Shown here in pieces: positions 57,943-64,000 of a stretch of 64,000 nucleotides of DNA (positions are counted from its first letter, which is position 1; every line of letters starts with the position of its first letter). The stretch comes from an uncultured delta proteobacterium (GTDB taxonomy: Bacteria > Desulfobacterota > Binatia > UBA9968), in assembly GCA_963727625.1 (NCBI GenBank), contig CAVSHR010000005.1, positions 352,001 to 416,000 of the forward strand, given 5' to 3'. The notes below the pieces were generated by a model. The model saw only the letters and a list, made by a program, of their open reading frames with translations, was not told the origin of the DNA and made no database searches. The position numbers were made by a program, and so were the translations under genes.

Positions 57943-59886
57943 ATGTGCGGCATTTACGGATACGCAAGCCAAAAAGGGGAAATCGATCCTCATATCCTGT
58001 GCGGCATGGGCCGCACCCTCGCCCATCGCGGGCCTGACGATGAAGGCCAGATGATCGACAATACCGGCCCAACCCGTGTGGGACTTGGGCACAAACGCTT
58101 AAGCATCATCGATCTTTCTCCGGCCGGAAAGCAGCCCATGTGCAATGAGGACGAGACGGTCTGGGTCACGCTCAACGGCGAGATTTATAATTATCAAGAG
58201 CTGCGCAAAGAACTCGAAGAAAACGGACACCGTTTCCGCTCCCATTCGGACACCGAAGTAATCGTGCACTTGTATGAGGAGAGCGGTGCCGGTTGTCTGG
58301 ACCGGCTGAATGGCATGTTTGCTTTTGTCATTTGGGACGCCAAGGAACAATCGTTGCTGCTTGCTCGAGACCCGGTGGGCAAAAAACCTTTGCATTACTG
58401 TGTAACCAAGCGCGAGATTATTTTTGCTTCCGAAATCAAAGCGCTGCTGCGGCATCCCGAGGTTCGCCGCGACCTGGATCTAGGAGCGTTGAGCAAATAC
58501 CTCGCCTACGAATATGTTCCGGCTCCCGACAGCATTTTTCAATCGATCAAAAAACTCGAGCCCGGACATTATTTGCTCTACCGAGACGGCGCGATACAAT
58601 GCGTTCCCTACTGGCGAATTCCCATTCAAGACGATCCGGCCCCGATTCAATCGGAAGCCCGCTGCGTCCAGGAGCTGAGGGAACTTCTTGACCGCTCGGT
58701 TCGCCGCCGCCTGGTAGCCGATGTCCCCGTGGGCCTGTTTGTCAGCGGCGGGTTGGACTCCGGAATCGTCGCGGCATTTGCCGCGAGGGCGAAAGATCGG
58801 CTCGAATGCTTTTCGATCGGCTTCGATGAACCGAGCTTCGACGAAAGTGGTTACGCCAAACAGATCGCCAAAAGCCTTGGAATCACACATCACGTCAGGA
58901 TCTTTGATGCTCGATCGATGCTCAATCTGGTGCAATCCTTGCCGCAAATCTTGGACGAGCCGCTGGCGGACCCGTCCATCCTGCCGCTGTATCTCTTGTC
59001 TGGTTTCGCCGCCGAGCGGATGAAGGTCGTCTTGAGCGGGGACGGCGGCGACGAACTGTTCGCCGGTTATCAGACTTTTCAGGCGCACAAGCTCATGGAA
59101 TATTACCAAGCGCTGCCCGGCTTCCTTAGAAAATGGATAAAAATGCTCGCGTCCCACCTGCCCGTGTCGCACGGGTACTTGAGCACCGACTATAAAATCA
59201 AACAATTTCTCAAGGGCGACGGAGTCTTGCCGGAAATTCGCTTTTTTCGTTGGCGGGGCGCCTTTGCCGACGCTGAGAAGAACAAGCTTATCAACCCCGA
59301 GCTGCGACAGCAGATTGCCCGCCACAACTGCTACGAAGACGTCGACCGCTACATCGCCGAGAGCGGTTTGACGAAAGCGCTTGAGAGAATCCTCTATCTG
59401 TCGATGAAACTTTATCTGCAAGACAACAATTTGGTGACGGTCGACCGGGCGAGCATGGCCAACGGCTTGGAGGTGCGATGTCCGCTGTTGGACAAAGACG
59501 TTGTCGAGTACGTCTGCCGCCTGCCGATGCGATACAAGCTCAACGGTTTTAGGACCAAATATCTGCTCAAGCGGGCCGCTGAAGGCCTTCTGCCACATAA
59601 AATCATCCATCGGCAGAAGAAAGGCTTCGGCATTCCACTCGCGCGCTGGCTCAACACCGAGCTCAAGAGCTTCATGTTGGATTATTTGAACGAGGAAAGG
59701 ATTCGCAGACAAGGCATCTTTCACTATCCCTACGTCAAAAGGCTGATCGACGAACAGCTCGCTAAATCGAAGGACCATCGCGAGCCGTTGTGGACCCTTT
59801 TAGTCTTTCAGGTCTGGTACGAAAGATATATGGACAGTGCCGCGCCTGCGGAAGCAAACATCTGTGGCGGAAATTTCACCGGCTAA
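57943..59886 (+). CDS. asnB: Asparagine synthase (glutamine-hydrolysing)-family amidotransferase
   Basis: N-terminal MCGI, HRGPD, RLSIID, NGEIYN, SGGLDS, SGDGGDE and KKGF motifs. Confidence 0.92.
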   Translation: MCGIYGYASQKGEIDPHILCGMGRTLAHRGPDDEGQMIDNTGPTRVGLGHKRLSIIDLSPAGKQPMCNEDETVWVTLNGEIYNYQELRKELEENGHRFRSHSDTEVIVHLYEESGAGCLDRLNGMFAFVIWDAKEQSLLLARDPVGKKPLHYCVTKREIIFASEIKALLRHPEVRRDLDLGALSKYLAYEYVPAPDSIFQSIKKLEPGHYLLYRDGAIQCVPYWRIPIQDDPAPIQSEARCVQELRELLDRSVRRRLVADVPVGLFVSGGLDSGIVAAFAARAKDRLECFSIGFDEPSFDESGYAKQIAKSLGITHHVRIFDARSMLNLVQSLPQILDEPLADPSILPLYLLSGFAAERMKVVLSGDGGDELFAGYQTFQAHKLMEYYQALPGFLRKWIKMLASHLPVSHGYLSTDYKIKQFLKGDGVLPEIRFFRWRGAFADAEKNKLINPELRQQIARHNCYEDVDRYIAESGLTKALERILYLSMKLYLQDNNLVTVDRASMANGLEVRCPLLDKDVVEYVCRLPMRYKLNGFRTKYLLKRAAEGLLPHKIIHRQKKGFGIPLARWLNTELKSFMLDYLNEERIRRQGIFHYPYVKRLIDEQLAKSKDHREPLWTLLVFQVWYERYMDSAAPAEANICGGNFTG

Positions 59887-61609
59887 ACGCACCTGGATTT
59901 TCAACGTCGCTTTCCTGTTGGCGCTCTGCTTTATTCTTCTGTTTTGGGAATTGGGTGATCTGCCGTTTTTCAATCGCGGCGAGCCGCGCGAAGGCCTGGT
60001 CGTTTGGGAAATGTACCATTCGGGCGATTGGATTCTTCCGGCCGTCAACGGCGATTATATCCCCTTCAAGCCGCCTTTGTTTCACTGGTTCGCTCTGATC
60101 CTTGGCCACCTCTTCGGCCAAATCAATGAGTTTACCCTGCGCCTGCCGTCCGCGCTGTTTGCTACACTGGGCGTGCTGATGACCTACATCGCAGGAGCGC
60201 GCCTATGGGGCGAAAGAGCGGGCGTCATCGCCGGCGTAGTTCTGGCGACCTGCGTCGAGTGGTGGAATGCGGGTGCCGACACACAGGTGGACATGACCTT
60301 GGCGTTTTTCATCAGCGCGGCCTGTTTGTATTTCTATTATCTTTACACCCGGCAAGATTTTGGCTTGCTGAAATGTTTAGGCCTGCCGTTACTCTTGGGA
60401 CTCGCCACCTTGGCCAAAGGTCCGGTCGGATTGGCGGTTCCGTCTATGGTCATTTTGGCGTTTCTCTGCGCCCGACGCGACTTTACCTTCGTAAAAAAAC
60501 TTCATCTTTTCGCCAGCGCCGCGGTTTTTCTTACCGTTGCGGGCTCGTGGTACGCTCTTGCCTTGTGGCAGGGCGGCTGGCCATTTTTTCTCCGCCAAAT
60601 CATCAATGAAACCCTGCTGACCGCAGTTGGGAGTTACGGCCATCACCAGCCGATCTATTACTATGTTCCGATCTTTTTTCAGAACACCATGCCGTGGAGT
60701 TTTTTCTTCCCCGCCCTTGGGCTCTACCTTTACCGACAGCGCCGGCAGTTTTCGCACGAGCACCTGCTCTTTCCGTCCATCTGGCTGATCACGGTCCTGG
60801 TCTTTTTTTCGCTCTCGCTGGGAAAAAGGGGCGTGTATATTTTGCCGCTCTACCCGGCTTTTGCGCTGCTCATTGGCGCCTGGTGGCAGCGACTCGGTGA
60901 AGGAAAGCCCGATAATCATCGATTCACAAGCTGGATCGGCGGGTTCGTCGCGATCTCTTACGCAACCGGGCTAGCGGCGCTTTGCCTTTACATCGCGGGA
61001 CAGAACGGCTTGGCAAATCCGCGGCTCTTCGCTGCCCTGACACAATTCAAAAACGTGAGGCAAATTCTGGGTTTTCTCACACCACCCTCGCCGATCGTGG
61101 TCGCGTGCCTGATGCTCTTTACGGCGGCCCTATTTTGCCTGATCTGGGCGCTCTCCAAGAAAAACTGGCAGATTATTTTCGCCTCCCTCACTGGGATCGC
61201 GGTCGCCATCTCCATAGCCATGAAGAGCGCGATTTTTCCACCGATCGCCTTCGCGCGTACGCTGAAGCCGTTTATGGAGCGCGTGACTGAAAAGGTTGAT
61301 CCGAAGCTCCCGCTGCTTTTTTTCCGCGGCTTTGATTATGGCACGGTCTTTTATTCCCACCGCCACGTTCCACCCTATGCGCGCAAAGCTGCTGAATTGA
61401 AACCGCCCTTTTTTCTTTTAATGTGGGAGGAAGACTGGCAGGCCTTGCGCGGCCGAAACGACCTCAAAATGATGGACATCAGCGAGGGGCGCACCGCCGT
61501 GGGAAAACACCGGTTGGTTTTGGTGCGATACCAACCAAACGAAGATTCGGCGCCCCGGCCTTTGCCAGTTTATCGCCGCCAAAAGGATTCAGACGCTATC
61601 GGCGATTGA
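59864..61609 (+). CDS. ArnT-like (GT83) lipid-linked glycosyltransferase 2
   Basis: GEPRE, KPPLFHW, RLPSA, VDM, KGPVG and KRGVYILP motifs. The GTG start overlaps the asnB end. Confidence 0.9.
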   Translation: MAEISPAKRTWIFNVAFLLALCFILLFWELGDLPFFNRGEPREGLVVWEMYHSGDWILPAVNGDYIPFKPPLFHWFALILGHLFGQINEFTLRLPSALFATLGVLMTYIAGARLWGERAGVIAGVVLATCVEWWNAGADTQVDMTLAFFISAACLYFYYLYTRQDFGLLKCLGLPLLLGLATLAKGPVGLAVPSMVILAFLCARRDFTFVKKLHLFASAAVFLTVAGSWYALALWQGGWPFFLRQIINETLLTAVGSYGHHQPIYYYVPIFFQNTMPWSFFFPALGLYLYRQRRQFSHEHLLFPSIWLITVLVFFSLSLGKRGVYILPLYPAFALLIGAWWQRLGEGKPDNHRFTSWIGGFVAISYATGLAALCLYIAGQNGLANPRLFAALTQFKNVRQILGFLTPPSPIVVACLMLFTAALFCLIWALSKKNWQIIFASLTGIAVAISIAMKSAIFPPIAFARTLKPFMERVTEKVDPKLPLLFFRGFDYGTVFYSHRHVPPYARKAAELKPPFFLLMWEEDWQALRGRNDLKMMDISEGRTAVGKHRLVLVRYQPNEDSAPRPLPVYRRQKDSDAIGD

Positions 61610-61637
61610 AGCGACCTCGCGGGAAGGAAACCTCTCG

Positions 61638-62072
61638 TTAGTGGACGATCAAACCGTCGATCGACAAAGCCCCAGCGCCCCCGATAACCAAAGCGAGCGA
61701 GATCAGCACAAGCGCCAGAGTATATTCGATACCGCTTCCCCTGCCCGGCCCGGACGCGAGAAAGAAACCGTTGTTCCAATGGCCGAGAACCAAAGCGAAG
61801 CTGATAAATACCGCCAGCCCAAAGGCCGCCGGCCGTACTAAGAAACCGAGCGCCATCGATACCACGGCGAACAATTCGATACATAGAGCAAAATACCCCA
61901 TGGGTAAGGGAATGTGGTACTTGTCGCGCCAGTTGCTCACTTGCGCATTGGCGCCTTTGCCGCCGTGCCAGCCAAACGCATGCTGCGTGCCGTGCATGAA
62001 AAAGGTCACCGCCAAGCCGAACCGCAAGATGACATAGGAAAACGACCCGTCAGTTTGGAACAGCCAGTCCAC
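61638..62072 (-). CDS. DoxX family membrane protein
   Basis: LRFGL...HGTQ, GIEY and GAGALSID motifs. GGAGG RBS. Confidence 0.9.
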   Translation of the reverse strand: MDWLFQTDGSFSYVILRFGLAVTFFMHGTQHAFGWHGGKGANAQVSNWRDKYHIPLPMGYFALCIELFAVVSMALGFLVRPAAFGLAVFISFALVLGHWNNGFFLASGPGRGSGIEYTLALVLISLALVIGGAGALSIDGLIVH

Positions 62073-62340
62073 GTTGCCCTCCGAATTTCTATTTGAACCT
62101 TTGCGAAAAAGCCCGCGAGCCCGTCACAAGAAAATCTTTATCAATATATTTTTCTTTTGCCGCCGACCATAGCAGAAATCATCGGGAGAACGCAAAACCT
62201 CGACGGTAGCCCGAGCCCTTGACGCAGCGCTCAACCCTGTATTAATTCTCGAGTAAAAGATCCCGGAGGTCATTTACCCGCGTCGGTTCGCTCGCCATGA
62301 TTGAGATCGCGCCGGTTGACCGCTGCGGCAGCCAAAGGTT

Positions 62341-63408
62341 ATGCAAATCATCGATGCCGACGGCCATATCAACGATCACGTTTGCGGTGAAGAAATCGCG
62401 CGCTACCTGCCCAAGGGGAATCAGATGGCGAAGCTCTTCCCCGAGTTCGACCACCTGCATTTTCGCTACTTAAAACAAAACCGCCGCGCCACCGGCAATC
62501 CATCATCGCACGATTGGAATGCGTTTCTCGATCAGACCGGCATCGCCTGGACCGTGCTCTACCCTACCGCCGGTCTCGCAGTCGGCCGAATCATGGCGCC
62601 GGATTGGGCCGTGGCGGCGTGCCAAGCTTACAACAATTGGCTGCATAACAAATTTGTCGGCAAGAATCCCCGGCTCAAAGGTATGGCGCTGATCCCGTTC
62701 CAGGACGTCGGTGCCGCGATCGAAGAGTTGCGCCGCTCGGTCAAAGAGCTGGGCATGCTCGGCGCCATGCTGCCATCCAACGGTGAAGCCATTCAAGGAC
62801 ACCTGGGCAATAAAATTTATTGGCCGCTGTACCTAGAAGCGGAAAAGCTCGGCTGCGCTCTCGCCGTCCATGTCGGCTGCCTTCATCACATGGGATTGGA
62901 CTCGTTCGCGACGTACTATCCGGCGCACGCGCTCGGCCATCCGTTCAGCTTGATGATTCAGGCCGGCGCCATGCTGGCCCACGGCGTGTTCGATCGCTTC
63001 CCCAATTTGCGCGTGGCCTTCCTCGAAGGCGGCGCCAGTTGGGTGCCGTTCATGATGGACCGCCTCGATCGCTCCTATCACGACGGTCACAAGCAGCTGA
63101 CTTTAAACGGCGAGCTGATCGGCGGGCCGAAGCAAGGCGAGAAAGCGAGCGACTACTTCAATAAACAGCTGCGCGAAGGACGCATCTTCGTCGGCTTCGA
63201 CTGCGATGACGACGGTTTGAACACGGCGGTAGCCAAAGGCGGCCGCCAATCCTTTCTCTTCGGCAGCGATTTTCCCCACGAAGTGTTCGACGCAGCGAAA
63301 TGCCGCCATGAAATCGATGAGCTGCTCGAACGGCAGGATCTCAGGAAGGCGGATAAGGAAGCGGTCTTGGGCGGCAACGCGCGAAATTTTTATCGTCCGC
63401 CTTTATAA
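62341..63408 (+). CDS. Amidohydrolase_2 family protein
   Basis: DADGH, YNNW, LAVH, FPNLRVAFLEGG and GSDFPH motifs. Confidence 0.9.
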   Translation: MQIIDADGHINDHVCGEEIARYLPKGNQMAKLFPEFDHLHFRYLKQNRRATGNPSSHDWNAFLDQTGIAWTVLYPTAGLAVGRIMAPDWAVAACQAYNNWLHNKFVGKNPRLKGMALIPFQDVGAAIEELRRSVKELGMLGAMLPSNGEAIQGHLGNKIYWPLYLEAEKLGCALAVHVGCLHHMGLDSFATYYPAHALGHPFSLMIQAGAMLAHGVFDRFPNLRVAFLEGGASWVPFMMDRLDRSYHDGHKQLTLNGELIGGPKQGEKASDYFNKQLREGRIFVGFDCDDDGLNTAVAKGGRQSFLFGSDFPHEVFDAAKCRHEIDELLERQDLRKADKEAVLGGNARNFYRPPL

Positions 63409-63444
63409 CGGCAAGGGAATTCCACGGCAACTTTCCCGGTACGG

Positions 63445-63700
63445 TAGAGTCGCGACCAAGTGGACGGCGAAGTAATTCAAACGTAACGATCCGGTCTTTC
63501 TTGAAGAAATGTATGCCATCGCCATCCGCTGCATCGAGAAAACGCCGAGAGTCGACACGCGCAACGTTTTCACAACCCTGGAATTCGAGCCGGTTAAGGG
63601 GGGTCGATGCGGATACGCTCGCCCCTAAAGTCATAGGCAACCGCTTTGTCTACCAGCTGGTCAAAGAAGGTTTCATCGAAAAAGTTTTCGCCAGAGCCGC
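63445..63700 (+). pseudogene. Remnant 3' end of an ABC substrate-binding protein
   Basis: Manual translation gives ...NDPVFLEEMY...EKTPRVD...(frameshift)...QLVKEGFIEKVF, with an internal stop and no start codon. Confidence 0.5.
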
Positions 63701-63851
63701 GCGCCAGGAAGAACTGCCGAGGAAAACAGCCGGCGGCGACGGCGCTTCTGCGCTCGCCGGCGATAGAGCGAGCGCCGTCGACACCGGGGCGCTGAAACAG
63801 TTCCTGGGAAGCCCATTAAAAAGATACCCGAACGACGTTGCGTGTATCCCC

Positions 63852-64000
63852 GTGGCATTGCTCGCGTTGTTTTTTGCCCAGCCGCTGCGCGTCCAAGAGT
63901 TAAAGAAAGTCCGCATCGGCTATCCCGCTTTCAGTCTTACCTTTCTCACTTTTTCCGTCGCCAAAGACGTGGGAATTCATAAAAAGCAAGGCTTACGCCA
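63852..64000 (+). CDS. 5' part of an ABC substrate-binding protein (runs off the window; start uncertain)
   Basis: VALLALFFAQPLRVQELKKVRIGYPAFS...VAKDVG is a signal peptide followed by an NMT1/SsuA-type first strand. Confidence 0.55.
   Translation, partial: MALLALFFAQPLRVQELKKVRIGYPAFSLTFLTFSVAKDVGIHKKQGLR

Noticed and set aside
58480-59778. Long antisense ORFs (also 3718-4629, 7710-8654, 39732-40697, 45762-46739 and others)
   Set aside because: These are shadows of well-supported genes on the opposite strand, expected in GC-rich DNA, with no motifs of their own.

Overview
GC-rich bacterial chromosomal window with about 45 intact genes. I see no rRNA, tRNA, CRISPR array or intact mobile element. 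It contains repeated amidohydrolase, UbiD, VOC, MFS and orphan substrate-binding-protein paralogs plus several REP-like palindrome families. That pattern resembles uncultured soil/aquifer delta-proteobacterial lineages such as Ca. Binatia (inference only). Main blocks: (1) 0-10 kb, aromatic/heterocycle catabolic genes (divergent 3-hydroxyanthranilate dioxygenase-like protein, two UbiD decarboxylases, AKR, amidohydrolase, cyclodeaminase). (2) 10.3-12.8 kb, a compact unit encoding a membrane-anchored peptidoglycan amidase, a MamK-type (not MreB-type) actin and a small membrane protein, with no magnetosome genes nearby. This is the best candidate for an undescribed system. (3) 18.5-23.2 kb, a decayed accessory island with a frameshifted adenylation-carrier-SGNH fusion, an IS630 relic and an antitoxin relic. 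(4) Tandem MFS genes with duplicated promoters, and a DUF2339/DUF3999 pair. (5) A seven-gene MoxR/DUF58/RDD/SpoIIM-type membrane operon. (6) 52.7-61.6 kb, a non-canonical arn-like envelope glycosylation cluster with two ArnT-type transferases and an AsnB-type amidotransferase. Family assignments come from motifs recognised by eye, not from database searches.
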